43,623 bases of DNA from a virus (IMGVR_UViG_3300044477_000056:1-43623); one strand, 5' to 3'; counted from the first letter of the stretch, positions 35,089 to 43,623 are shown. Notes: generated from the letters alone by a model not told the origin. Translations and numbers: made by a program.

Positions 35089-35098
35089 CGTGTGCCTC

Positions 35099-35317
35099 CT
35101 AGAATGATCTGCACCCTCCGCCGACGCGGTAAGTTTCTTTCTCGTCGTCCGACAATTTGAAAAAGCCGTCGATGTGGTCATAGAACTTAGCGCCAGCCCT
35201 TGCCCGTGGTTCACCGTCTTTGCGTAGCGGCCAGCAGATGGTAGGGCCGTACTCGAACGTCATGCCGTTGTATTCGTAGATGCGCGGGCCACAGAGAAAG
35301 CCGTGAACTTCACTCAT
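35099..35317 (-). CDS. Hypothetical phage protein
   Basis: Coupled ORF; WPLRKDGEP motif. Confidence 0.7.
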   Translation of the reverse strand: MSEVHGFLCGPRIYEYNGMTFEYGPTICWPLRKDGEPRARAGAKFYDHIDGFFKLSDDEKETYRVGGGCRSF

Positions 35318-35457
35318 TTTGTGCCTCTTTTATCGTCTTTTTTCTCTTCGTTTTCCTTCATCGTTTTTTCAATATCTGTCATAAATTCCGACACCCATCC
35401 GTTTCCCATGATGTTTCCCACAAGGAAGCGGTCAAGGTTTTCACGATCTGCTGTCAT
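35314..35457 (-). CDS. 47-aa hypothetical protein, absent from the ORF track
   Basis: ATGA overlaps on both sides, filling the gap after dnaB. Confidence 0.55.
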   Translation of the reverse strand: MTADRENLDRFLVGNIMGNGWVSEFMTDIEKTMKENEEKKDDKRGTK

Positions 35458-36791
35458 CTTGTACCGCCAAGCTCATTCCAAGGATCACTAACAGGATTGC
35501 CGATTTTCAATATGGCGGGCTTTTTTTCGTTTTCTTCTTCGCTGAAAAGAACGTGTCTCCCATTGAAGTTTAGCAATGCCTTACCACATGGACCGTGCCT
35601 GTTTTTCGCCACATAGGCGGCCACCTGCCTATTATCCTTCCCTTCCTGCGGCGTTTCGGTAGCGTGAAGCATGATTACCCTGTCGGCGTCCTGCTCAATG
35701 GCTCCTGAATCACGAAGCACGCCCAAGGTAGGCTCCACCCCATCGGCCTCGCGGTTCATTTGAACAACCTCGACGATTACAATGCCAAGTTCCAAGGCAA
35801 GTAATTTCAGCGTCCGCGACACTTCCCCAATGCGCTCCCATCGAGGGATCTTCCCGCCAGATCCAAGGTCAATGAGGCCAAGATAATCAATGCACACAAG
35901 TTCTAGGCCATGCACGGCTTTCTCTCTGCGGATTCTTGACCGGATAAGCGGGAGGCTTTGCGCCCCGTCATAAATCGAAAGGGGTGCTAAATAAAGTCCG
36001 TTTGCCGCTTCATTTGACTTCTTCACTTCTTCGTCGCTAAGGTAGCCCCCGCGAATCGATGAGACCGTTGTCGCTCCTGTTTGAGCAACAAGCCTATCAA
36101 GCACCTCGTCGCGCCTCATTTCCATAGAAAAAAACGCAGATGGCTTTTTCTGTACCGTTGCGGAATGGCATACCATCTGTAGCGCGAGGGCCGTCTTTCC
36201 CGCCCCTGGCCGTCCGGCAATAACAATCACTTCACCAGACCGAATTTCGTTTATTAACGAATCAATGGGGCCAACCCCAAAGCGCACAAAGTTTCTGCTT
36301 CCGTCCCTTCGCTCTTTTACGCGGCCAGCGATTGTATCAAGATAGGGCAATATCACGTTATGCATCGTAGGAGATTCTGGCTCGGCTACGGCCTGCATCG
36401 CTGTAGTAATCGCGCCCATAACAGTATCGGCCACTTCGGCAGCGGTTTTTGTCGTATCCTTCACGGCCTCAAGTCCGACGGCAAGGGAGGAGGTTAAACC
36501 CTTTCGGCGCATTTTCTCCCGCAGTTGATCGGCGTAAAATCCGGCATTTGCCGAAGAAACGTACTCAATGCCCGCCACTGTCGCCACAAGGTCGCTTCGA
36601 TTTCCCCGCGTCAACACGTCGCTTATAGAAACAAGGTCAGCTTTTATAAAATCATTTCGCGCCTTCTCGATGGCATTGAATATCACTCTATTGTCAGGAC
36701 TCGTGAACATTGCTTCAGTGATAGCATAGTCATCGATGGTTGATGGCCGATTTAATACCTGGCCAAGCAAAACGCGCTCATAGTCGTTCAT
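35454..36791 (-). CDS. dnaB: Replicative DNA helicase, DnaB family
   Basis: AGRPGAGKT, FSMEM, IDYLGLI, QMNRE, LRDSGAIEQDAD, AKNRHG. Confidence 0.96.
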   Translation of the reverse strand: MNDYERVLLGQVLNRPSTIDDYAITEAMFTSPDNRVIFNAIEKARNDFIKADLVSISDVLTRGNRSDLVATVAGIEYVSSANAGFYADQLREKMRRKGLTSSLAVGLEAVKDTTKTAAEVADTVMGAITTAMQAVAEPESPTMHNVILPYLDTIAGRVKERRDGSRNFVRFGVGPIDSLINEIRSGEVIVIAGRPGAGKTALALQMVCHSATVQKKPSAFFSMEMRRDEVLDRLVAQTGATTVSSIRGGYLSDEEVKKSNEAANGLYLAPLSIYDGAQSLPLIRSRIRREKAVHGLELVCIDYLGLIDLGSGGKIPRWERIGEVSRTLKLLALELGIVIVEVVQMNREADGVEPTLGVLRDSGAIEQDADRVIMLHATETPQEGKDNRQVAAYVAKNRHGPCGKALLNFNGRHVLFSEEENEKKPAILKIGNPVSDPWNELGGTR

Positions 36792-37672
36792 GCCTGAACC
36801 TCATAGTATTCCGCTATTCTTGAATCAAATCCGGCATACTGGCTCGCGTTACATTTGGGACACATCGTACCGCCAGCAGGAAGCGCTGTTTTACAGAATG
36901 GGCAAATTAATCCAGACTTGAATCCTATACGACTTTCGCGGGGCCTGGCCGCTTCGGGCTTCGGCGTGTAGTCTTCATAGCAGTTCAGGAAGGTGGAAGG
37001 AAGTTTGATATATTGCTGATCGGTGTGCTTTGCGGCTATTTGGTCTTTATAGACGGTGAGGGAAGACATAATAGCCTCAAGAGTAGCGCCGCGCTTTATT
37101 ATGGCGTTGTAAGTTTTCTGTGCTTGCTTCTTTCCCTCTTGTTTAGGATAAGAGTCATAAAAAACAAGAAAGCCGTCTGAGTATTCAGGTTTTGTTTGCT
37201 GTTTCCCACACCCCTTCTTTTTAGAATCAAGATCAGAATCAAGATCAGAATCAAGATCAGAATCAGAATAGTTCTGAGGGTATGTATATCCTTCGATATG
37301 ATATCTATATCCTATGGATACCATATATGTAATCATGTCATCAGATAGCGTCTTTAGGATGGCATTAATACCCTCTTTTATCTTCGATCTTGTCTCCGCT
37401 TTTTGATGCTGGGGCCACGAAGGTAATACGATGTATTCACTGTGTAAATATGCTTTTCCAGCCTTCTCAAATTTGCCTAAAATATGCCCTAATGTATCGG
37501 TATTAAATCCGGTATCAAAGCACATCCGGCGAACGGTGATTTTATAGACTCCAGCAATGTTGGTAAGTGGGTTTGTCATCAAATACAAATAGAGTAGTTT
37601 TTCCGATGGATCGAGCGTTTGTATCCACTCGTCATCCCAAAAACTTGTTGAAATATATCGCTGAGTCGCCAT
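36788..37672 (-). CDS. Phage replication initiator / replisome organiser
   Basis: FWDD...KLLYLYLMTNP...AGVY N-domain; FYDSYPK...PSTFLN C-domain; internal iterons; upstream of dnaB. Confidence 0.85.
   Translation of the reverse strand: MATQRYISTSFWDDEWIQTLDPSEKLLYLYLMTNPLTNIAGVYKITVRRMCFDTGFNTDTLGHILGKFEKAGKAYLHSEYIVLPSWPQHQKAETRSKIKEGINAILKTLSDDMITYMVSIGYRYHIEGYTYPQNYSDSDLDSDLDSDLDSKKKGCGKQQTKPEYSDGFLVFYDSYPKQEGKKQAQKTYNAIIKRGATLEAIMSSLTVYKDQIAAKHTDQQYIKLPSTFLNCYEDYTPKPEAARPRESRIGFKSGLICPFCKTALPAGGTMCPKCNASQYAGFDSRIAEYYEVQA
37223..37270. repeat. Iteron-like tandem repeat (AGAATCAAGATC x3 plus partial copies); probable origin
   Basis: Inside the initiator linker, next to an AT-rich tract at 37280-37335. 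Confidence 0.7.
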
Positions 37673-37681
37673 TGATCGCCC

Positions 37682-37870
37682 CTATTCCGTCAGCTCTGTT
37701 TTTTTATATGCCCTTCGTTGTTTATTATTCCTTTTCCTCGGTATCCCTGCTTCATCAATTATTTTATATAGCCTTACTGCGCATATACCATAATAATCAG
37801 CCACCTCGGAAACCTTCATAGTTTCGTATTGCTCGGAAAGTAAAGCTTTTGATATTACTATCTTTTCCAT
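37682..37870 (-). CDS. Small HTH-like protein
   Basis: VSEVADYYGICAVRLYKIIDEAGIP; GAGG RBS. Confidence 0.7.
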   Translation of the reverse strand: MEKIVISKALLSEQYETMKVSEVADYYGICAVRLYKIIDEAGIPRKRNNKQRRAYKKTELTE

Positions 37871-37888
37871 GTTAACCTCTTATTTTTT

Positions 37889-37917
37889 ATAATATCCATG
37901 TTTTATTTTATTGTCAA
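37889..37917 (-). promoter_or_regulatory. Replication-operon promoter
   Basis: TTGACA-N17-TATTAT. Confidence 0.75.
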
Positions 37918-37976
37918 CGGCATTTTGTAAAAAACCGCTACCCAAGTATGTGCATCAATTTTTCTATATCTTGCCA

Positions 37977-38237
37977 TTATAAAGCCTCTTTTCTTGCTAT
38001 TTCTTTTTCAATAAGGTCAAGAACGTAATCGTTCGCCTTTATTTCTGTCCCCTCGCATAGCTTTGAAATTATCCCAATAGGCCAGGTAAAAGAGTAAAAA
38101 CGGCGTCCCTCAAGAGCAAGAAGTTCGTCTTTTGTTGGTTTTCGTGTTTTTTTTCTTTCGGCAAGTCGGCGCTCAAATTTCTCTTTTGCTGCCGATGATT
38201 TTACTTTTAATACAATCTTTTTCTTTGGAAGATCCAT
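37977..38237 (-). CDS. Basic protein with a possible C-terminal ribbon-helix-helix (86 aa)
   Basis: AGGTGG RBS before MDLPKKK; start revised. Confidence 0.65.
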   Translation of the reverse strand: MDLPKKKIVLKVKSSAAKEKFERRLAERKKTRKPTKDELLALEGRRFYSFTWPIGIISKLCEGTEIKANDYVLDLIEKEIARKEAL

Positions 38238-38250
38238 AGACCCACCTAAT

Positions 38251-38411
38251 AAAAAAAGCATTCTGGCTGTCCCCCTGGCGGGGTTCACGGTGTATAGGCA
38301 CCGTTAGACAACCAAAATGCTCTCTAAGTTTCATCCCCTATAGGATAAATTTGTGGAACCGCCAGTATCCACGACAGATCATACTATACCACGACTTTTT
38401 AAAACACGCAA
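38251..38411 (-). promoter_or_regulatory. Promoter TTGCGT-N17-TATAGT plus an attenuator-like leader
   Basis: 15-bp stem with two G-U pairs and a U-tract; CTGGCGG/CCGCCAG long-range complementarity. Confidence 0.7.
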
Positions 38412-38421
38412 GCATTATTTT

Positions 38422-38835
38422 TCAATAAGGGATATCATCGTCAAACGTGTCCACGCTCTGCGCCTGCTGTTGCGCGGGTTGTTTTGCCACTTGTTGCCCT
38501 TGCGTCGCTCCTTGCCCCAGCAATCGTACGTTCTGCGCGTTTATAACGATCTTCTGCCTCGGCTGTCCGTCCTGTTCCCAGCGATCTTGACGAAGTTCAC
38601 CTTCAACGCCGACTTGCTGGCCTTTCACGAGGTAGCGATTCACCGCTTCGGCGGCTTTTCCCCAATAATCTATGTCGAAAAAACTAGCTTCGTCTTTCCA
38701 TTCGTCGCCCTGCTTGACGCTACGGTTTACGGCGAGGGAGAAGCGGGCAATGGGCATACCGGATTTTGTGTATTGCAAGGTGCTGTCTTTGGTAAGTCTC
38801 CCAACTAATACTATGACATTTATGTCTCTAGCCAT
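38422..38835 (-). CDS. ssb: Single-stranded DNA-binding protein
   Basis: INVIVLVGRLTKD...FSLAVNR...VGVEGELRQDRW; acidic tail DDDIPY; start revised. Confidence 0.96.
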   Translation of the reverse strand: MARDINVIVLVGRLTKDSTLQYTKSGMPIARFSLAVNRSVKQGDEWKDEASFFDIDYWGKAAEAVNRYLVKGQQVGVEGELRQDRWEQDGQPRQKIVINAQNVRLLGQGATQGQQVAKQPAQQQAQSVDTFDDDIPY

Positions 38836-38938
38836 TTGTTTCCTCCATTTCTTTCGTCTCATCCTCTTCTAAAACCTGCTCCACAATGGCATCGAGGTAG
38901 GCAGGGCCGTCATCATCATAACGCGGGGCTTCGGTCAT
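38828..38938 (-). CDS. 36-aa acidic peptide, absent from the ORF track
   Basis: ATGA overlap; fills the gap before ssb. Confidence 0.45.
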   Translation of the reverse strand: MTEAPRYDDDGPAYLDAIVEQVLEEDETKEMEETNG

Positions 38939-39231
38939 TTGCTTGCCTCGATCTTTATTTTGCCCAAAGCGGGCGATACCGTAACGAACGGCTGCCGCGC
39001 GAAAGCCAGCGCCGCGTCAGGCGTACCGAACGACACCGCGCCGATACCGCCATGAAAGGCTATGGTGGCGATAAAAAACGTGCCGTTTTCTTCGGCAAGC
39101 ACCTTGCCCATTATAAGCGACTGGCTTTCTTTCAGCGCCGCTATTTCGCGTTCGTGATGATTCTCAAGTTCTAAACAAAAACAAAGAATTATTAAAATAT
39201 TGGCTATGATAAGTGCTATTGTTCGTTTCAT
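38935..39231 (-). CDS. Membrane-anchored or secreted hypothetical protein
   Basis: Signal-like N-terminus. Confidence 0.65.
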   Translation of the reverse strand: MKRTIALIIANILIILCFCLELENHHEREIAALKESQSLIMGKVLAEENGTFFIATIAFHGGIGAVSFGTPDAALAFARQPFVTVSPALGKIKIEASK

Positions 39232-39539
39232 CAGCTCCCCTCCTCTATCGATTTTTGGATCTTCGCGACGTGTTCAGCTTCCGCGATTGGCGAATTGCTG
39301 AGGCTCACTGCGGCATTACATTTCAAGCAACACGTCAGCCTCATGTTTTCAAAATGATGGATAATCTGAGCGCCGTACTTTCGCAGATTCTTTTTGCTTT
39401 GCGGCAAGATGTGGGCGAGCTGAGGCGTACCGTAGCGGGTGGCGGGAAAATGGCACACCTCGCACAAGCCCTGCGCTCGATCCCACACGATGCGGCGGGT
39501 CTCTTCAATGGCGTTAGAACGGCGCTCAGATGCGCTCAT
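39231..39539 (-). CDS. HNH-like Zn-binding nuclease
   Basis: RAQGLCEVC...LAHILP...CCLKCN. Confidence 0.7.
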   Translation of the reverse strand: MSASERRSNAIEETRRIVWDRAQGLCEVCHFPATRYGTPQLAHILPQSKKNLRKYGAQIIHHFENMRLTCCLKCNAAVSLSNSPIAEAEHVAKIQKSIEEGS

Positions 39540-40771
39540 TATCGATTAGCCCTTGCGCGGTCTTCGGCGTGGTCGATGGCGTCAATAAGCTCATCCATAA
39601 TAGACGCGGCGACCAGGTTGTCGGTACTGGGGCGCTGTATCGTTTTCAACTGCTCCACGTAGGCAAGCACCTTTTCAAAACTTCCCGCCATGGCGAGCTT
39701 CTTTTCGGCTTCTTCTTTTGCCCGCTGCTCGGCTGCTATTCTCGCGGCCTCTTCTCTCTTTGCCTTTTCTTCGGCTTCAATCTTTGCTTTGCGCTCTGCT
39801 TCTTCTTTGGCTATTCTTTCCTTTCTTTCGGCCTCGGCGGCATCGATTTTTGCCTGTAGCTCGCAGCGTTCTTTTTCTGACTTTTCGCGTTCCAGGCGAA
39901 TAGCTTCTTCCTGTCGGCGTCGCTCGGCCTCTGCGGCTTCCTTTGCCTTGCGTTCTGCTTCTTCTCGGCGTTCGCGCTCGATACGTTCAGCCTTTTCCCT
40001 TGCAAGGCGTTCCGCTTCTGCAATAGCTCTCGCTTTTGCTTCTTCTTCATCGTGTCTTTTCTGTTCGGCTTTCATGGCGGCTTCGTGGGCTTCACGCTCC
40101 ACCCTCTCGGCTTCTTCGCGGGCTTTGCGTTCCTTGGCTATGGCCTTTTCCCTGGCCTCCGCTTCTGCCTTGAGCCTGATATTTTCAGCGGCGATGCGGG
40201 CGCGTTCTTCTTGCTCTGCTTTTTCGCGGGCGATCCGTTCATCTTCGGCTTTCCGTTCGGCCTCTTTTCTGGCCTCGAACGCTATCCGCGAATTCTCGAG
40301 AAGTTGGTCAAAAGCGGCGTCGGGCATTTCTTGGAGGTTGTAGAACGATGCATCGACTTCGTAAGGTGCGAGCTTTTCGAGGCGGGCGGCCTGCAGCGCG
40401 GCTTTCCGTTCGGCTTCCTTGCGCTCAACGAATTTCTCTTTTTCCCATAGATCGTTTTCGAGCGGCGTCGTGATCCCGGCGATGAGGTTATAAAAAGCGT
40501 CGATGAGCTTGCCCTCTACCAGGATGTTTTCTTTAAGTTTCTTTTTCGTCTTCTCGGCGGCGACGCGGATATCTTTCAGCTCCATGCGCCCCTCGTGCGC
40601 CATTTTCATTTCGCGGACTTGCGAAGCGTCGGTTATGACGAGGGTTTTAACCATCGCCTCCCATTTTGCGGCCATTTTGAAATAGTTCTCGAAAGCCGAA
40701 AGCACCGATAGCGCCTTCGTTTTATCAACGCCGCTCTGTTCAACCAACACCGTCAACTCAGTGTTTTCCAT
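39539..40771 (-). CDS. Long charged coiled-coil protein (410 aa)
   Basis: E/R/K/A-rich helical repeats in the recombination block. Confidence 0.8.
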   Translation of the reverse strand: MENTELTVLVEQSGVDKTKALSVLSAFENYFKMAAKWEAMVKTLVITDASQVREMKMAHEGRMELKDIRVAAEKTKKKLKENILVEGKLIDAFYNLIAGITTPLENDLWEKEKFVERKEAERKAALQAARLEKLAPYEVDASFYNLQEMPDAAFDQLLENSRIAFEARKEAERKAEDERIAREKAEQEERARIAAENIRLKAEAEAREKAIAKERKAREEAERVEREAHEAAMKAEQKRHDEEEAKARAIAEAERLAREKAERIERERREEAERKAKEAAEAERRRQEEAIRLEREKSEKERCELQAKIDAAEAERKERIAKEEAERKAKIEAEEKAKREEAARIAAEQRAKEEAEKKLAMAGSFEKVLAYVEQLKTIQRPSTDNLVAASIMDELIDAIDHAEDRARANR

Positions 40772-41273
40772 CGTTTTCCTCCCTTAAATTTATGTCACTT
40801 GAATACATTTTCGTCGCCACCCCTTGCACGTATTCGGTTAACCATAACTGATTCATAGCCGCCCAGTAGTGAATATACTCGATGAGTTTTGCCGACTGCG
40901 CGGTGGATGAATCAGCCTCACTCATCGGTTCCAGCGCCTTCGTGATAGGATTCATTACCGCGCCGCCGAATACGTCTTTCTTTGCTTCCCAGAATCCCTC
41001 CTTCATCGCCATTATTTTTAAAGCGCGGCCAATTTCGTCGGGTGTATACGTTACATCGTCGTTGCTTAACTGCTCGGCTATGTCGGCGTAGTGGCCGTGA
41101 GTATGGCTATTTTCAGAGCGATAGCCTGTTGTCCTCGGTTTGTGCGGAGCGGAGACGCGGATTACTACCTCGTCATACCGCTCTGCCATTGCCGAAAGTT
41201 CGCCGTCATACATGGCCGGCGCACGTACTGATAGCGGCGTCGTTGAAAGTATGGCGGCTTTGAACTCGATCAT
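40758..41273 (-). CDS. NinB/Orf-like recombination accessory protein
   Basis: RT...ENSHTHGHYADIAEQ...LIEYIHYWAA pattern. Confidence 0.6.
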   Translation of the reverse strand: MIEFKAAILSTTPLSVRAPAMYDGELSAMAERYDEVVIRVSAPHKPRTTGYRSENSHTHGHYADIAEQLSNDDVTYTPDEIGRALKIMAMKEGFWEAKKDVFGGAVMNPITKALEPMSEADSSTAQSAKLIEYIHYWAAMNQLWLTEYVQGVATKMYSSDINLREENDGKH

Positions 41274-42001
41274 GCGGGTACGTTACCGTTAAAAATAGCG
41301 TCAATCTGCGCTTCTGCCGATGCATCCATAGCGGGCGCGCGCTGTCGGGCTATAAGGTCGGTGAGTACCTCAAGCCAGATAATGCCTGTCCAGTGGTTTT
41401 TCCCGTCCTTGCCCATCTCCGACTTCCCGCCGTGCTTTGCAAATATCGCGTCACGCGTGGCTATGTCGATGTTTTCTGACTTGATAAGATCCAGGCTCCG
41501 CTGTCTTGCGCCTTCCTCGTTGGTTTTGCCGATAGGATGTTGATCGTCAAGAGGCTGTGTCGGTGGCGTTGTTTTTGGTGCGACGTTGTGACTATCAGCA
41601 TCAGGGTCTTTCGCGTCCTCGGTCGGGATGGCGAGAAGTTGAAGCAAGGCATATTTGTGCGCGATGGCCATAGCCTTGTTGCTGGCCTTGTCGCCTGAAT
41701 CCATGCCTTCACCGATCATGACGCTTTCGACATTGGAACCGTCGGCGGCGTAAAAGGTAAATTTGACGGTAAGGATGCGATAGATGAGCGTGCCGCCATT
41801 CGCGGTCTGGCGCTCTTCGCTTCGCTCCGCGAGTACTTGCGTTGTAGAAAAAACGCCGTGCTTTGCAAGAAGCGGGTGGAGGGAGTTGTAAACGTCATCG
41901 ATGCCCCTGAAATTAAAGCCCTGGGACTGATTGCGCTTATCTTTTGCAATGGCATCCGAGTCAGCAAGTATCGCTATAATCTTTTCATGAATAAGAGCCA
42001 T
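41270..42001 (-). CDS. erf: ERF-family single-strand annealing protein
   Basis: IAKDKRNQSQGFNFRGIDDV...GEGMDSGDKASNKAMAIAHKYAL...DPDAD. Confidence 0.9.
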   Translation of the reverse strand: MALIHEKIIAILADSDAIAKDKRNQSQGFNFRGIDDVYNSLHPLLAKHGVFSTTQVLAERSEERQTANGGTLIYRILTVKFTFYAADGSNVESVMIGEGMDSGDKASNKAMAIAHKYALLQLLAIPTEDAKDPDADSHNVAPKTTPPTQPLDDQHPIGKTNEEGARQRSLDLIKSENIDIATRDAIFAKHGGKSEMGKDGKNHWTGIIWLEVLTDLIARQRAPAMDASAEAQIDAIFNGNVPA

Positions 42002-42004
42002 GTT

Positions 42005-42583
42005 TTACTCCTTGAAAAACTGATCGGCTACGCCAAGAAACACTTTGCGCGTGATGTCGATATCGGCGGCAGCGTCGTGAAGGTTGCCGTCTGTCGTGAT
42101 GTGAAGATAGTCCGCGACAACTTCAAGGTTGAATCGTGGAAGCTCGGCGCGGTACTTTGCGAGAACAGCCCCGGCGATAGACATTACATCGATAGCGGGA
42201 TTCCAGAACCATGAGCCGAAATACTTGTCGTTTTTGCGGGAGAAGAGGGTGCGTAAAAATCCTTCGTCAAATTTTACGTTATAGCCCACCATGAAGAATT
42301 TGTCCGTTTTGTCGTACTGATTCACGTAACGGGCCATGATGGTTTTGAGGGCAATGTAACCATCGTTAGAAGATGGATACGCCTCTATTTCTTTTCGAGT
42401 TTTTCCCTGGATGACGAGCGCCGATTCCTCGACTTCCTGCCCTTCGTCGGGACTCATTTTGATATCGAAGCGCTCTTTTTCTACGCCGTCGATAACAATG
42501 ATTCCCGCCATCTGCGTAATAGCGTGGCGCTTTTCATCAAGTCCAGTTGTCTCTGAATCGTAATAAAATAGCTTCATGGTCAA
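42005..42583 (-). CDS. DEDDh 3'-5' exonuclease (DnaQ-like)
   Basis: DSETTGL, GYNVKFD, HDAAADI. Confidence 0.92.
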   Translation of the reverse strand: MTMKLFYYDSETTGLDEKRHAITQMAGIIVIDGVEKERFDIKMSPDEGQEVEESALVIQGKTRKEIEAYPSSNDGYIALKTIMARYVNQYDKTDKFFMVGYNVKFDEGFLRTLFSRKNDKYFGSWFWNPAIDVMSIAGAVLAKYRAELPRFNLEVVADYLHITTDGNLHDAAADIDITRKVFLGVADQFFKE

Positions 42584-43002
42584 ACTCCTCCAATTTGCTT
42601 TGCGGCGATATTCTCGCTTCCATACTGAAATTCCGGGTACGGGTCGGGGCGCTCTGTGTACTTGCTTTCGCCTGGCTGTGGCGGGATGTGAACATATATG
42701 TATTTATAGTCCATGCCCTGTTCCTCAAGCTTTACGGAAGCGATGAGCGCCGCGGCGGTGCTTGTTTCTGCTTCGACCTGGAACGCGGGCAACCAGTCGC
42801 CGTTGGACAATTGGGGAATAATGGTGAATTTGCTTTCAGCATTTTCGCACCATTTTTCATAAACGTATTCGTACTTTATCCCCAACTCGTCAAACATTTT
42901 GCGGGCAATCTCTTTCGCGGCAACGCAAGATTCAGCCCTGATACGTCGAGCCGCCACTGATTCCCCGCGCCTGTCTTTGGCTATCACGGTACAAATAATC
43001 AT
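42580..43002 (-). CDS. Hypothetical protein with an internal duplication (140 aa)
   Basis: ATGA overlap; ELGIKYEYVY and EQGMDYKYIY repeat; start revised. Confidence 0.65.
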   Translation of the reverse strand: MIICTVIAKDRRGESVAARRIRAESCVAAKEIARKMFDELGIKYEYVYEKWCENAESKFTIIPQLSNGDWLPAFQVEAETSTAAALIASVKLEEQGMDYKYIYVHIPPQPGESKYTERPDPYPEFQYGSENIAAKQIGGV

Positions 43003-43238
43003 GCTCTGTCCTGATCGATAAAGCGGTCGGTGTGAGGGTTCTCTATCTCGTCGCCCTGACCGAATATGTCTTCTTGGCATCCGTTATAAACTCGACGGAC
43101 GATAGTTTTTGCCATTTCAAGGCCAACAATGACGCCTGATTTTTTTATGCCCATTTTGGCATTGAGCGCCGCCGTCTTTTTTTCTTCGGCAATTTGCTCG
43201 TTAATAGCGGCAATGTAGACGCCGGGGAGTACGTTCAT
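42999..43238 (-). CDS. Hypothetical protein
   Basis: Coupled on both sides. Confidence 0.7.
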   Translation of the reverse strand: MNVLPGVYIAAINEQIAEEKKTAALNAKMGIKKSGVIVGLEMAKTIVRRVYNGCQEDIFGQGDEIENPHTDRFIDQDRA

Positions 43239-43623
43239 TTGTTTGCCTCGATATATGCTTTTATTGCTTCTTCGACTTCATCCCAAGATATCCACTCGCG
43301 GAGGAGTTGTGATTGTGCGTCCCTAGCGGCGGCCCCAGCGGCGTCCCTAGCGGCGGCCCCAGCGGCGTCCCTAGCGGCGGCCCTAGCGGCGGCCCTAGCG
43401 GCGTCCCAAGCGGCGTCCCAAGCGGCGTCCCCAGCGTCCCCAGCGGCGTCCCCAGCGTCCCCAGCGGCGGCCCTAGCGGCGGCCCAAGCGGCGTCCCCAG
43501 CGTCCCCAGCGGCGTCCCAAGCGGCGTCCCAAGCGGCGTCCCCAGCGTCCCCAGCGGCGTCCCCAGCGTCCCCAGCGGCGTCCCTAGCGGCGGCCCAAGC
43601 GGCGTCCCCAGCGGCGGCCCCAG
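43235..43623 (-). CDS. 3' part of the AAWDA-repeat protein
   Basis: Repeats then AARDAQSQLLREWISWDEVEEAIKAYIEANK*; stop overlaps the next ATG. Confidence 0.88.
   Translation of the reverse strand, partial: GAAAGDAAWAAARDAAGDAGDAAGDAGDAAWDAAWDAAGDAGDAAWAAARAAAGDAGDAAGDAGDAAWDAAWDAARAAARAAARDAAGAAARDAAGAAARDAQSQLLREWISWDEVEEAIKAYIEANK
43318..43623. repeat. 12/9-bp tandem repeat, continuous with 1-247
   Basis: Same unit as the left end. Confidence 0.95.

Larger units (their letters stand above)
1..43623. mobile_element. Complete circular tailed phage genome (siphovirus-like Caudoviricetes), probably with a spirochaete host
   Basis: Full packaging, head, neck, tail, lysis, replication and recombination gene set; 76-bp terminal identity; one ORF reads in frame across the ends. 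Confidence 0.93.

Noticed and set aside
5768-39303. Scattered CCTCAG-N11-TCG matches near 5768, 6042, 13889 and, reversed, 39284-39303
   Set aside because: They lie inside coding regions, mostly lack the TATCG arm and A-rich flank, and the 15-nt GA-to-GA spacing fits codon periodicity; not counted without statistics
39690-40343. Ser/Ala/Arg-rich plus-strand ORF
   Set aside because: Mirror of the E/K/R/A coiled-coil gene

Overview
The window is an apparently complete, circular tailed dsDNA phage genome. Bases 1-76 are identical to bases 43548-43623, so the unit length is about 43,547 bp, and the break falls inside a low-complexity AAWDA/AAGDA/AARA repeat gene. Almost all genes are on the minus strand. 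In transcription order they are: a cro-like HTH, a recombination block (DEDDh exonuclease, ERF, NinB-like, HNH, SSB), a replication initiator with internal iterons plus DnaB, small Zn-finger genes, terminases, portal, protease-scaffold, decoration protein, capsid, neck, a siphovirus-type tail (tube, chaperone, tape measure, distal tail, hub, fibres), lysis genes, a LexA-like HTH, VRR-NUC and an N6-adenine methyltransferase. One plus-strand island (30145-32936) carries small genes, an LPD29-like protein, an HNH endonuclease and a putative DNA-binding protein. I recognise no integrase, ParA/B, cleavable CI repressor, reverse transcriptase or CRISPR array. A spirochaete host is inferred from the SSB and a DUF261-like protein. 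The most unusual features are: (1) a bipartite CCTCAG-N9-TATCG repeat at gene junctions of the plus-strand island; (2) a 56-nt tRNA mimic without an anticodon arm; (3) two attenuator-like leaders behind identical TTGCGT-N17-TATAGT promoters; (4) a Cys-His-Asp DUF261-like protein where an endolysin is expected. All family calls are from motif recognition by eye, not from database searches.
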